DNA from: Balanoglossus misakiensis
Taxonomy: Eukaryota > Animalia > Hemichordata
NCBI GenBank assembly: GCA_040954595.2
Contig: CM082594.2
Location: 11,040,276-11,104,275, forward strand
Direction of reading: 5' to 3'
Length of the DNA: 64,000 nt
Shown here in pieces: positions 40,001-55,000 of the stretch; the first letter of the stretch is position 1, and each line of letters starts with the position of its first letter. Below the pieces are notes generated by a model. That model saw only the letters and a list, made by a program, of their open reading frames with translations, was not told where the DNA came from and did not search any database. The position numbers and the translations under genes were made by a program.

Positions 40001-43000
40001 AGAAGTCACTTCAGAAATAATTGCAGCTACTACTGAAGTTGTCACACCTGAAACTGTGTCAGAAATCATTTCTGTCATTGCAAGCACAGCACTGCCTGAA
40101 GTTACCACAAGGATTATTGAAATAACATCAGAGAAAGTTACGCCTGAAGTTGTATCAACAGTGGTACCTTCTACACTAGAAGTTATATCAACTGAGAAAA
40201 TCACTGAATTGATATCCACATTGGCACCAACAACATCAGAAATTGTTTCCACAGTAATAAAAACAATAACAGAAGCTGCAACACCAGAGCTAATCAGCAC
40301 AGTGTCTGCTGTTGTGACTGCAACTATTCCACCAGAATTGATTACAACTGCAATTACCCGTGCGGCCACTACACCTGAGATCACCAGGGAAATTGTCAGG
40401 ACTGTGACTGAAATCCTGCCCACAGCAACAGTTAGTGAATTTGTGACAAGAGCTACGAGAGAGGCAACAACAGAGTTACTGACCGAAATTATCACTGCAA
40501 CATCCAAGACTGCCACTCCAGAAATAATTACCTCTGCACTGATAAGCCAACCAGTTACATCAGCGGCAACTACCGAGTTCATCAAAACAACCGTTGAGGC
40601 TGCAACATCAGCAGAGTTATCGACAATAGTGGAGACAGCAACACAGGCTATTTCAACAGAAATGCTTTCAACTGTACTCAAGAGTACAGTTGAATTGTCG
40701 ACCAAAGAAGAAGTGACTGAAATTGTTTCTGCCACTAGCAAGTTAGCAACTACTGCAGCAGTTACTAGATTTGTTGAGTCTACTGCAAGCACAGCTACCC
40801 CATCTCTTCTAACGGAAATTGCAACTGAAATTGCAACTCCCATTTCAACAGAGATTGTAACAGAAGAGCCAGAAGTCACAACAGAATTGATGACTACAGA
40901 GGCCGGACTTGTGGAGGTTACTGGTACACAAGTGGTTGTAACCAGACCACCCAAACCTACAAAGCCAACTAAGCCTAAACCAAAAGTCACAACTGAGGAA
41001 GTTGTCTTTTCAACAGAAGCTACTGCTTCTGCCATTGTAACAGCAACAACGCCTGAAGTATTGACCAAGCTAGTTACTGCAACAACCCCAGAGATTGTGA
41101 CTGAATTTGTGACATCAGTTTCAACTCCAGAGGCTGTGACTGAAATCATAACAACGGCAGCTAAAACAACACCTGCAATCGTGACAACCATTGTGGGTTT
41201 GACATCAGCTTTAACAAAGACCAAGGCACCCGAAATAATGTCCACTTTGGCAAAAACTACCACTCCTGCAGCTGTTACTGAGTTCTTGACAACCATTGCA
41301 GAAACCAGCCCAGAAATTGTAACTAAAACTGTAGTTGCTACAAGCGAAGTCACACCCACTCTGGCAACGGAAATAATCACTATGACAGCCACACCGTCTC
41401 CTGAGATTCTGACAGAAATAGTAAGCACTGTGGTCACTCCAGAAGCACTAACTACTCTGGTAGCAGAAACAACCAGAATAACACCAGAAGCTCTTACGAT
41501 CATAATAGCAGCAACAACAGAGGTAGCACCGGTCACACATATTACCACTTTTCCCATTCAACCAACCTCTCCAGTATTGACAGAAGTTCTTTCAACTATA
41601 GCAAAGACAAGTCCAGAAGTCTTCACTGAAGTTGTAACGGAGACTGCCAAAACAACTCCCGAACTCCTGAAAACAATCATAACTGAAACCGTAGCTGTTG
41701 CTACCACAAAACCTTTAACGGAATATGTGACAGCTGTGAGTGCATCGACTCCAGAAGTTGTGTCTGAGATCCTGACCACTGTTGCAGCAATCTCACCCAC
41801 AATATTTCCGAAGACTTTAGCAACAGTTGCAATAACAACTCCTGAATTGACCACAGAAATAGTCAAAATAACTTCTAGAGCAACTGCCACAGCGACACAA
41901 GAAATCATTTCCGTTTCATCAGAGGCTCCCGAGGTGTTGACTACATTTGTTACAGCTGCTACAGTAGCCACACCTGAGTTAATTACCGAATTTTTCGAAG
42001 TAACAACAGAAGGTATTACAGAAAGGATTACTGCAATTACCTCTGAACTAATTAAAAGTAGTCCAGAAATATTGACTTCTGTTGTCACTGAAGCTGTGAA
42101 GACAACACCATCTATATTGACAGAAATAGTGAATGCCACCACTAAGGCAAAGACAGAATTCACTACTGAATTCCTTGAAACAGTAGTAACAAGTGCACCA
42201 CCAGAAGTTACAACTGAAATCCTAATTGCAGCAACAACGGTAGTTCCCACAGTTTTAACAGAGCTTCTGAGAACAACAGCAGAAACTCTTCCTGAAGTTA
42301 TAACAGAAATAACCAAAGTAACAACGGCAGCTCCTTTTGTAACAACAGAGACACCAACCCCAGAGAAACTGACAGAACTTATTACTACTGCACCAATAAG
42401 TGTTCTTACTGAAATTGTGGAGACAACTAAAGAAGCAATAACGAGCGAAAGAGTGACAGAACTAATCCGTTCAACAGCAGAAACAGCAACACCAGAAGAA
42501 GTATCCAGACTAGTTAGTGCAACAGCTGAAATAGTAACTACTACGCCTGAAATACTCACTCCCATAGTGACATTTGTGACAACGGCTGCCACCCCTGAAG
42601 TTGTGACTGAAATTCTTGAAAAGACCACATTGGCCACAGTACCATCTACACTTGTTACAGAAGTCCTCAAAACGATTATAAGCACTGCTGCCCCAGCTAC
42701 AACCAGAGAGATTATTGAAACCATAACAAGAGGCACAACACCAGAGGTTACTAGCAGAATTGTGGAAATCACTTCAAGAGCTGTTACACCTGAAGTACTA
42801 ACTAGTGTTATTTCTGAAGTTGCAACTACACCGGAAATCACCTCGAAAATTGTAGAGACAGCTACAACTGGCATTTCCCCAGAAGTCACTTCAGAAATCA
42901 TTGCAGCTACTACTGAAGTTGTCACACCTGAAACTGTGTCAGAAATAATTTCTGTCATTGCAAGCACAGCACTGCCTGAAGTTACCACAAGGATTATTGA

Positions 43001-46000
43001 AATAACATCAGAGAAAGTTACGCCTGAAGTTGTATCAACAGTGGTACCTTCTACACTAGAAGTTATATCAACTGAGAAAATCACTGAATTGATATCCACA
43101 TTGGCACCAACAACATCAGAAATTGTTTCCACAGTAATAAAAACAATAACAGAAGCTGCAACACCAGAGCTAATCAGCACAGTGTCTGCTGTTGTGACTG
43201 CAACTATTCCACCAGAATTGATTACAACTGCAATTACTAGTGCGGCCACTACACCTGAGATCACCAGGGAAATTGTCAGGACTGTGACTGAAATCCTGCC
43301 CACAGCAACAGTTAGTGAATTTGTGACAAAAGCTACGAGAGAGGCAACAACAGAGTTACTGACCGAAATTATCACTGCAACATCCAAGACTGCCACTCCA
43401 GAAATAATTACCTCTGCACTGATAAGCCAACCAGTTACATCAGCGGCAACTACCGAGTTCATCAAAACAACCGTTGAGGCTGCAACATCAGCAGAGTTAT
43501 CGACAATAGTGGAGACAGCAACACAGGCTATTTCAACAGAAATGCTTTCAACTGTACTCAAGAGTACAGTTGAATTGTCGACCAAAGAAGAAGTGACTGA
43601 AATTGTTTCTGCCACTAGCAAGTTAGCAACTACTGCAGCAGTTACTAGATTTGTTGAGTCTACTGCAAGCACAGCTACCCCATCTCTTCTAACGGAAATT
43701 GCAACTGAAATTGCAACTCCCATTTCAACAGAGATTGTAACAGAAGAGCCAGAAGTCACAACAGAATTGATGACTACAGAGGCCGGACTTGTGGAGGTTA
43801 CTGGTACACAAGTGGTTGTAACCAGACCACCCAAACCTACAAAGCCAACTAAGCCTAAACCAAAAGTCACAACTGAGGAAGTTGTCTTTTCAACAGAAGC
43901 TACTGCTTCTGCCATTGTAACAGCAACAACGCCTGAAGTATTGACCAAGCTAGTTACTGCAACAACCCCAGAGATTGTGACTGAATTTGTGACATCAGTT
44001 TCAACTCCAGAGGCTGTAACTGAAATCATAACAACGGCAGCTAAAACAACACCTGCAATCGTGACAACCATTGTGGGTTTGACATCAGCTTTAACAAAGA
44101 CCAAGGCACCCGAAATAATGTCCACTTTGGCCAAAACTACCACTCCTGCAGCTGTTACTGAGTTCTTGACAACCATTGCAGAAACCAGCCCAGAAATTGT
44201 AACTAAAACTGTAGTTGCTACAAGCGAAGTCACACCCACTCTGGCAACGGAAATAATCACTATGACAGCAACACCGTCTCCCGAGATTCTGACAGAAATA
44301 GTAAGCACTGTGGTCACTCCAGAAGCACTAACTACTCTGGTAGCAGAAACAACCAGAATAACACCAGAAGCTCTTACGACTATAATAGCAGCAACAACAG
44401 AGGTAGCACCGGTCACACATATTACCACTTTTCCCATTCAACCAACCTCTCCAGTATTGACAGAAGTTCTTTCAACTATAGCAAAGACAAGTCCAGAAGT
44501 CTTCACTGAAGTTGTAACGGAGACTGCCAAAACAACTCCCGAACTCCTGAAAACAATCATAACTGAAACCGTAGCTGTTGCTACCACAAAACCTTTAACG
44601 GAATATGTGACAGCTGTGAGTGCATCGACTCCAGAAGTTGTGTCTGAGATCCTGACCACTGTTGCAGCAATCTCACCCACAATATTTCCGAAGACTTTAG
44701 CAACAGTTGCAATAACAACTCCTGAATTGACCACAGAAATAGTCAAAATAACATCAAGAGCAACTGCCACAGCGACACAAGAAATCATTTCCGTTTCATC
44801 AGAGGCTCCCGAGGTGTTGACTACATTTGTTACAGCTGCTACAGTAGCCACACCTGAGTTAATTACCGAATTTTTCGAAGTAACAACAGAAGGTATTACA
44901 GAAAGGATTACTGCAATTACCTCTGAACTAATTAAAAGTAGTCCAGAAATATTGACTTCTGTTGTCACTGAAGCTGTGAAGACAACACCATCTATATTGA
45001 CAGAAATAGTGACTGCCACCACTAAGGCAAAGACAGAATTCACTACTGAATTCCTTGAAACAGTAGTAACAAGTGCACCACCAGAAGTTACAACTGAAAT
45101 CCTAATTGCAGCAACAACGGTAGTTCCCACAGTTTTGACAGAGCTTCTGAGAACAACAGCAGAAACTCTTCCTGAAGTTATAACAGAAATCACCAAAGTA
45201 ACAACGGCAGCTCCTTTTGTAACAACAGAGACACCGACCCCAGAGAAACTGACAGAACTTATTACTTCTGCACCAATAAGTGTTCTTACTGAAATTGTGG
45301 AGACAACTAAAGAAGCAATAACGAGCGAAAGAGTGACAGAACTAATCCGTTCAACAGCAGAAACAGCAACACCAGAAGAAGTATCCAGACTAGTTAGTGC
45401 AACAGCTGAAATAGTAACTACTACGCCTGAAATACTCACTCCCATAGTGACATTTGTGACAACGGCTGCCACCCCTGAAGTTGTGACTGAAATTCTCGAA
45501 AAGACCACATTGGCCACAGTACCATCTACACTTGTTACAGAAGTCCTCAAAACGATTATAAGCACTGCTGCCCCAGCTACAACCAGAGAGATTATTGAAA
45601 CCATAACAAGAGGCACAACACCAGAGGTTACTAGCAGAATTGTGGAAATCACTTCAAGAGCTGTTACACCTGAAGTACTAACTAGTGTTATTTCTGAAAT
45701 TGCAACTACACCGGAAATCACCTCGAAAATTGTAGAGACAGCTACAACTGGCATTTCCCCAGAAGTCACTTCAGAAATCATTGCAGCTACTACTGAAGTT
45801 GTCACACCTGAAACTGTGTCAGAAATAATTTCTGTCATTGCAAGCACAGCACTGCCTGAAGTTACCACAAGGATTATTGAAATAACATCAGAGAAAGTTA
45901 CGCCTGAAGTTGTATCAACAGTGGTACCTTCTACACTAGAAGTTATATCAACTGAGAAAATCACTGAATTGATATCCACATTGGCACCAACAACATCAGA

Positions 46001-49000
46001 AATTGTTTCCACAGTAATAAAAACAATAACAGAAGCTGCAACACCAGAGCTAATCAGCACAGTGTCTGCTGTTGTGACTGCAACTATTCCACCAGAATTG
46101 ATTACAACTGCAATTACCCGTGCGGCCACTACACCTGAGATCACCAGGGAAATTGTCAGGACTGTGACTGAAATCCTGCCCACAGCAACAGTTAGTGAAT
46201 TTGTGACAAAAGCTACGAGAGAGGCAACAACAGAGTTACTGACCGAAATTATCACTGCAACATCCAAGACTGCCACTCCAGAAATAATTACCTCTGCACT
46301 GATAAGCCAACCAGTTACATCAGCGGCAACTACCGAGTTCATCAAAACAACCGTTGAGGCTGCAACATCAGCAGAGTTATCGACAATAGTGGAGACAGCA
46401 ACACAGGCTATTTCAACAGAAATGCTTTCAACTGTACTCAAGAGTACAGTTGAATTGTCGACCAAAGAAGAAGTGACTGAAATTGTTTCTGCCACTAGCA
46501 AGTTAGCAACTACTGCAGCAGTTACTAGATTTGTTGAGTCTACTGCAAGCACAGCTACCCCATCTCTTCTAACGGAAATTGCAACTGAAATTGCAACTCC
46601 CATTTCAACAGAGATTGTAACAGAAGAGCCAGAAGTCACAACAGAATTGATGACTACAGAGGCCGGACTTGTGGAGGTTACTGGTACACAAGTGGTTGTA
46701 ACCAGACCACCCAAACCTACAAAGCCAACTAAGCCTAAACCAAAAGTCACAACTGAGGAAGTTGTCTTTTCAACAGAAGCTACTGCTTCTGCCATTGTAA
46801 CAGCAACAACGCCTGAAGTATTGACCAAGCTAGTTACTGCAACAACCCCAGAGATTGTGACTGAATTTGTGACATCAGTTTCAACTCCAGAGGCTGTAAC
46901 TGAAATCATAACAACGGCAGCTAAAACAACACCTGCAATCGTGACAACCATTGTGGGTTTGACATCAGCTTTAACAAAGACCAAGGCACCCGAAATAATG
47001 TCCACTTTGGCCAAAACTACCACTCCTGCAGCTGTTACTGAGTTCTTGACAACCATTGCAGAAACCAGCCCAGAAATTGTAACTAAAACTGTAGTTGCTA
47101 CAAGCGAAGTCACACCCACTCTGGCAACGGAAATAATCACTATGACAGCAACACCGTCTCCCGAGATTCTGACAGAAATAGTAAGCACTGTGGTCACTCC
47201 AGAAGCACTAACTACTCTGGTAGCAGAAACAACCAGAATAACACCAGAAGCTCTTACGACTATAATAGCAGCAACAACAGAGGTAGCACCGGTCACACAT
47301 ATTACCACTTTTCCCATTCAACCAACCTCTCCAGTATTGACAGAAGTTCTTTCAACTATAGCAAAGACAAGTCCAGAAGTCTTCACTGAAGTTGTAACGG
47401 AGACTGCCAAAACAACTCCCGAACTCCTGAAAACAATCATAACTGAAACCGTAGCTGTTGCTACCACAAAACCTTTAACGGAATATGTGACAGCTGTGAG
47501 TGCATCGACTCCAGAAGTTGTGTCTGAGATCCTGACCACTGTTGCAGCAATCTCACCCACAATATTTCCGAAGACTTTAGCAACAGTTGCAATAACAACT
47601 CCTGAATTGACCACAGAAATAGTCAAAATAACATCAAGAGCAACTGCCACAGCGACACAAGAAATCATTTCCGTTTCATCAGAGGCTCCCGAGGTGTTGA
47701 CTACATTTGTTACAGCTGCTACAGTAGCCACACCTGAGTTAATTACCGAATTTTTCGAAGTAACAACAGAAGGTATTACAGAAAGGATTACTGCAATTAC
47801 CTCTGAACTAATTAAAAGTAGTCCAGAAATATTGACTTCTGTTGTCACTGAAGCTGTGAAGACAACACCATCTATATTGACAGAAATAGTGACTGCCACC
47901 ACTAAGGCAAAGACAGAATTCACTACTGAATTCCTTGAAACAGTAGTAACAAGTGCACCACCAGAAGTTACAACTGAAATCCTAATTGCAGCAACAACGG
48001 TAGTTCCCACAGTTTTGACAGAGCTTCTGAGAACAACAGCAGAAACTCTTCCTGAAGTTATAACAGAAATCACCAAAGTAACAACGGCAGCTCCTTTTGT
48101 AACAACAGAGACACCGACCCCAGAGAAACTGACAGAACTTATTACTTCTGCACCAATAAGTGTTCTTACTGAAATTGTGGAGACAACTAAAGAAGCAATA
48201 ACGAGCGAAAGAGTGACAGAACTAATCCGTTCAACAGCAGAAACAGCAACACCAGAAGAAGTATCCAGACTAGTTAGTGCAACAGCTGAAATAGTAACTA
48301 CTACGCCTGAAATACTCACTCCCATAGTGACATTTGTGACAACGGCTGCCACCCCTGAAGTTGTGACTGAAATTCTCGAAAAGACCACATTGGCCACAGT
48401 ACCATCTACACTTGTTACAGAAGTCCTCAAAACGATTATAAGCACTGCTGCCCCAGCTACAACCAGAGAGATTATTGAAACCATAACAAGAGGCACAACA
48501 CCAGAGGTTACTAGCAGAATTGTGGAAATCACTTCAAGAGCTGTTACACCTGAAGTACTAACTAGTGTTATTTCTGAAATTGCAACTACACCGGAAATCA
48601 CCTCGAAAATTGTAGAGACAGCTACAACTGGCATTTCCCCAGAAGTCACTTCAGAAATCATTGCAGCTACTACTGAAGTTGTCACACCTGAAACTGTGTC
48701 AGAAATAATTTCTGTCATTGCAAGCACAGCACTGCCTGAAGTTACCACAAGGATTATTGAAATAACATCAGAGAAAGTTACGCCTGAAGTTGTATCAACA
48801 GTGGTACCTTCTACACTAGAAGTTATATCAACTGAGAAAATCACTGAATTGATATCCACATTGGCACCAACAACATCAGAAATTGTTTCCACAGTAATAA
48901 AAACAATAACAGAAGCTGCAACACCAGAGCTAATCAGCACAGTGTCTGCTGTTGTGACTGCAACTATTCCACCAGAATTGATTACAACTGCAATTACTAG

Positions 49001-52000
49001 TGCGGCCACTACACCTGAGATCACCAGGGAAATTGTCAGGACTGTGACTGAAATCCTGCCCACAGCAACAGTTAGTGAATTTGTGACAAAAGCTACGAGA
49101 GAGGCAACAACAGAGTTACTGACCGAAATTATCACTGCAACATCCAAGACTGCCACTCCAGAAATAATTACCTCTGCACTGATAAGCCAACCAGTTACAT
49201 CAGCGGCAACTACCGAGTTCATCAAAACAACCGTTGAGGCTGCAACATCAGCAGAGTTATCGACAATAGTGGAGACAGCAACACAGGCTATTTCAACAGA
49301 AATGCTTTCAACTGTACTCAAGAGTACAGTTGAATTGTCGACCAAAGAAGAAGTGACTGAAATTGTTTCTGCCACTAGCAAGTTAGCAACTACTGCAGCA
49401 GTTACTAGATTTGTTGAGTCTACTGCAAGCACAGCTACCCCATCTCTTCTAACGGAAATTGCAACTGAAATTGCAACTCCCATTTCAACAGAGATTGTAA
49501 CAGAAGAGCCAGAAGTCACAACAGAATTGATGACTACAGAGGCCGGACTTGTGGAGGTTACTGGTACACAAGTGGTTGTAACCAGACCACCCAAACCTAC
49601 AAAGCCAACTAAGCCTAAACCCAAAGTCACAACTGAGGAAGTTGTCTTTTCAACAGAAGCTACTGCTTCTGCCATTGTAACAGCAACAACGCCTGAAGTA
49701 TTGACCAAGCTAGTTACTGCAACAACCCCAGAGATTGTGACTGAATTTGTGACATCAGTTTCAACTCCAGAGGCTGTAACTGAAATCATAACAACGGCAG
49801 CTAAAACAACACCTGCAATCGTGACAACCATTGTGGGTTTGACATCAGCTTTAACAAAGACCAAGGCACCCGAAATAATGTCCACTTTGGCGAAAACTAC
49901 CACTCCTGCAGCTGTTACTGAGTTCTTGACAACCATTGCAGAAACCAGCCCAGAAATTGTAACTAAAACTGTAGTTGCTACAAGCGAAGTCACACCCACT
50001 CTGGCAACGGAAATAATCACTATGACAGCAACACCGTCTCCCGAGATTCTGACAGAAATAGTAAGCACTGTGGTCACTCCAGAAGCACTAACTACTCTGG
50101 TAGCAGAAACAACCAGAATAACACCAGAAGCTCTTACGACTATAATAGCAGCAACAACAGAGGTAGCACCGGTCACACATATTACCACTTTTCCCATTCA
50201 ACCAACCTCTCCAGTATTGACAGAAGTTCTTTCAACTATAGCAAAGACAAGTCCAGAAGTCTTCACTGAAGTTGTAACGGAGACTGCCAAAACAACTCCC
50301 GAACTCCTGAAAACAATCATAACTGAAACCGTAGCTGTTGCTACCACAAAACCTTTAACGGAATATGTGACAGCTGTGAGTGCATCGACTCCAGAAGTTG
50401 TGTCTGAGATCCTGACCACTGTTGCAGCAATCTCACCCACAATATTTCCGAAGACTTTAGCAACAGTTGCAATAACAACTCCTGAATTGACCACAGAAAT
50501 AGTCAAAATAACATCAAGAGCAACTGCCACAGCGACACAAGAAATCATTTCCGTTTCATCAGAGGCTCCCGAGGTGTTGACTACATTTGTTACAGCTGCT
50601 ACAGTAGCCACACCTGAGTTAATTACCGAATTTTTCGAAGTAACAACAGAAGGTATTACAGAAAGGATTACTGCAATTACCTCTGAACTAATTAAAAGTA
50701 GTCCAGAAATATTGACTTCTGTTGTCACTGAAGCTGTGAAGACAACACCATCTATATTGACAGAAATAGTGACTGCCACCACTAAGGCAAAGACAGAATT
50801 CACTACTGAATTCCTTGAAACAGTAGTAACAAGTGCACCACCAGAAGTTACAACTGAAATCCTAATTGCAGCAACAACGGTAGTTCCCACAGTTTTGACA
50901 GAGCTTCTGAGAACAACAGCAGAAACTCTTCCTGAAGTTATAACAGAAATCACCAAAGTAACAACGGCAGCTCCTTTTGTAACAACAGAGACACCGACCC
51001 CAGAGAAACTGACAGAACTTATTACTTCTGCACCAATAAGTGTTCTTACTGAAATTGTGGAGACAACTAAAGAAGCAATAACGAGCGAAAGAGTGACAGA
51101 ACTAATCCGTTCAACAGCAGAAACAGCAACACCAGAAGAAGTATCCAGACTAGTTAGTGCAACAGCTGAAATAGTAACTACTACGCCTGAAATACTCACT
51201 CCCATAGTGACATTTGTGACAACGGCTGCCACCCCTGAAGTTGTGACTGAAATTCTCGAAAAGACCACATTGGCCACAGTACCATCTACACTTGTTACAG
51301 AAGTCCTCAAAACGATTATAAGCACTGCTGCCCCAGCTACAACCAGAGAGATTATTGAAACCATAACAAGAGGCACAACACCAGAGGTTACTAGCAGAAT
51401 TGTGGAAATCACTTCAAGAGCTGTTACACCTGAAGTACTAACTAGTGTTATTTCTGAAATTGCAACTACACCGGAAATCACCTCGAAAATTGTAGAGACA
51501 GCTACAACTGGCATTTCCCCAGAAGTCACTTCAGAAATCATTGCAGCTACTACTGAAGTTGTCACACCTGAAACTGTGTCAGAAATAATTTCTGTCATTG
51601 CAAGCACAGCACTGCCTGAAGTTACCACAAGGATTATTGAAATAACATCAGAGAAAGTTACGCCTGAAGTTGTATCAACAGTGGTACCTTCTACACTAGA
51701 AGTTATATCAACTGAGAAAATCACTGAATTGATATCCACATTGGCACCAACAACATCAGAAATTGTTTCCACAGTAATAAAAACAATAACAGAAGCTGCA
51801 ACACCAGAGCTAATCAGCACAGTGTCTGCTGTTGTGACTGCAACTATTCCACCAGAATTGATTACAACTGCAATTACCCGTGCGGCCACTACACCTGAGA
51901 TCACCAGGGAAATTGTCAGGACTGTGACTGAAATCCTGCCCACAGCAACAGTTAGTGAATTTGTGACAAAAGCTACGAGAGAGGCAACAACAGAGTTACT

Positions 52001-55000
52001 GACCGAAATTATCACTGCAACATCCAAGACTGCCACTCCAGAAATAATTACCTCTGCACTGATAAGCCAACCAGTTACATCAGCGGCAACTACCGAGTTT
52101 ATCAAAACAACCGTTGAGGCTGCAACATCAGCAGAGTTATCGACAATTGTGGAGACAGCAACACAGGCTATTTCAACAGAAATGCTTTCAACTGTACTCA
52201 AGAGTACAGTTGAATTGTCGACCAAAGAAGAAGTGACTGAAATTGTTTCTGCCACTAGCAAGTTAGCAACTACTGCAGCAGTTACTAGATTTGTTGAGTC
52301 TACTGCAAGCACAGCTACCCCATCTCTTCTAACGGAAATTGCAACTGAAATTGCAACTCCCATTTCAACAGAGATTGTAACAGAAGAGCCAGAAGTCACA
52401 ACAGAATTGATGACTACAGAGGCCGGACTTGTGGAGGTTACTGGTACACAAGTGGTTGTAACCAGACCACCCAAACCTACAAAGCCAACTAAGCCTAAAC
52501 CAAAAGTCACAACTGAGGAAGTTGTCTTTTCAACAGAAGCTACTGCTTCTGCCATTGTAACAGCAACAACGCCTGAAGTATTGACCAAGCTAGTTACTGC
52601 AACAACCCCAGAGATTGTGACTGAATTTGTGACATCAGTTTCAACTCCAGAGGCTGTGACTGAAATCATAACAACGGCAGCTAAAACAACACCTGCAATC
52701 GTGACAACCATTGTGGGTTTGACATCAGCTTTAACAAAGACCAAGGCACCCGAAATAATGTCCACTTTGGCGAAAACTACCACTCCTGCAGCTGTTACTG
52801 AGTTCTTGACAACCATTGCAGAAACCAGCCCAGAAATTGTAACTAAAACTGTAGTTGCTACAAGCGAAGTCACACCCACTCTGGCAACGGAAATAATCAC
52901 TATGACAGCAACACCGTCTCCCGAGATTCTGACAGAAATAGTAAGCACTGTGGTCACTCCAGAAGCACTAACTACTCTGGTAGCAGAAACAACCAGAATA
53001 ACACCAGAAGCTCTTACGACTATAATAGCAGCAACAACAGAGGTAGCACCGGTCACACATATTACCACTTTTCCCATTCAACCAACCTCTCCAGTATTGA
53101 CAGAAGTTCTTTCAACTATAGCAAAGACAAGTCCAGAAGTCTTCACTGAAGTTGTAACGGAGACTGCCAAAACAACTCCCGAACTCCTGAAAACAATCAT
53201 AACTGAAACCGTAGCTGTTGCTACCACAAAACCTTTAACGGAATATGTGACAGCTGTGAGTGCATCGACTCCAGAAGTTGTGTCTGAGATCCTGACCACT
53301 GTTGCAGCAATCTCACCCACAATATTTCCGAAGACTTTAGCAACAGTTGCAATAACAACTCCTGAATTGACCACAGAAATAGTCAAAATAACATCAAGAG
53401 CAACTGCCACAGCGACACAAGAAATCATTTCCGTTTCATCAGAGGCTCCCGAGGTGTTGACTACATTTGTTACAGCTGCTACAGTAGCCACACCTGAGTT
53501 AATTACCGAATTTTTCGAAGTAACAACAGAAGGTATTACAGAAAGGATTACTGCAATTACCTCTGAACTAATTAAAAGTAGTCCAGAAATATTGACTTCT
53601 GTTGTCACTGAAGCTGTGAAGACAACACCATCTATATTGACAGAAATAGTGACTGCCACCACTAAGGCAAAGACAGAATTCACTACTGAATTCCTTGAAA
53701 CAGTAGTAACAAGTGCACCACCAGAAGTTACAACTGAAATCCTAATTGCAGCAACAACGGTAGTTCCCACAGTTTTAACAGAGCTTCTGAGAACAACAGC
53801 AGAAACTCTTCCTGAAGTTATAACAGAAATAACCAAAGTAACAACGGCAGCTCCTTTTGTAACAACAGAGACACCGACCCCAGAGAAACTGACAGAACTT
53901 ATTACTACTGCACCAATAAGTGTTCTTACTGAAATTGTGGAGACAACTAAAGAAGCAATAACGAGCGAAAGAGTGACAGAACTAATCCGTTCAACAGCAG
54001 AAACAGCAACACCAGAAGAAGTATCCAGACTAGTTAGTGCAACAGCTGAAATAGTAACTACTACGCCTGAAATACTCACTCCCATAGTGACATTTGTGAC
54101 AACGGCTGCCACCCCTGAAGTTGTGACTGAAATTCTTGAAAAGACCACATTGGCCACAGTACCATCTACACTTGTTACAGAAGTCCTCAAAACGATTATA
54201 AGCACTGCTGCCCCAGCTACAACCAGAGAGATTATTGAAACCATAACAAGAGGCACAACACCAGAGGTTACTAGCAGAATTGTGGAAATCACTTCAAGAG
54301 CTGTTACACCTGAAGTACTAACTAGTGTTATTTCTGAAGTTGCAACTACACCGGAAATCACCTCGAAAATTGTAGAGACAGCTACAACTGGCATTTCCCC
54401 AGAAGTCACTTCAGAAATCATTGCAGCTACTACTGAAGTTGTCACACCTGAAACTGTGTCAGAAATCATTTCTGTCATTGCAAGCACAGCACTGCCTGAA
54501 GTTACCACAAGGATTATTGAAATAACATCAGAGAAAGTTACGCCTGAAGTTGTATCAACAGTGGTACCTTCTACACTAGAAGTTATATCAACTGAGAAAA
54601 TCACTGAATTGATATCCACATTGGCACCGACAACATCAGAAATTGTTTCCACAGTAATAAAAACAATAACAGAAGCTGCAACACCAGAGCTAATCAGCAC
54701 AGTGTCTGCTGTTGTGACTGCAACTATTCCACCAGAATTGATTACGACTGCAATTACTAGTGTGGCCACTACACCTGAGATCACCAGGGAAATTGTCAGG
54801 ACTGTGACTGAAATCCTGCCCACAGCAACAGTTAGTGAATTTGTGACAAAAGCTACGAGAGAGGCAACAACAGAGTTACTGACCGAAATTATCACTGCAA
54901 CTTCCAAGACTGCCACTCCAGAAATAATTTCCTCTGCACTGATAAGCCAACCAGTTACATCAGCGGCAACTACCAAGTTCATCAAAACAACCGTTGAGGC

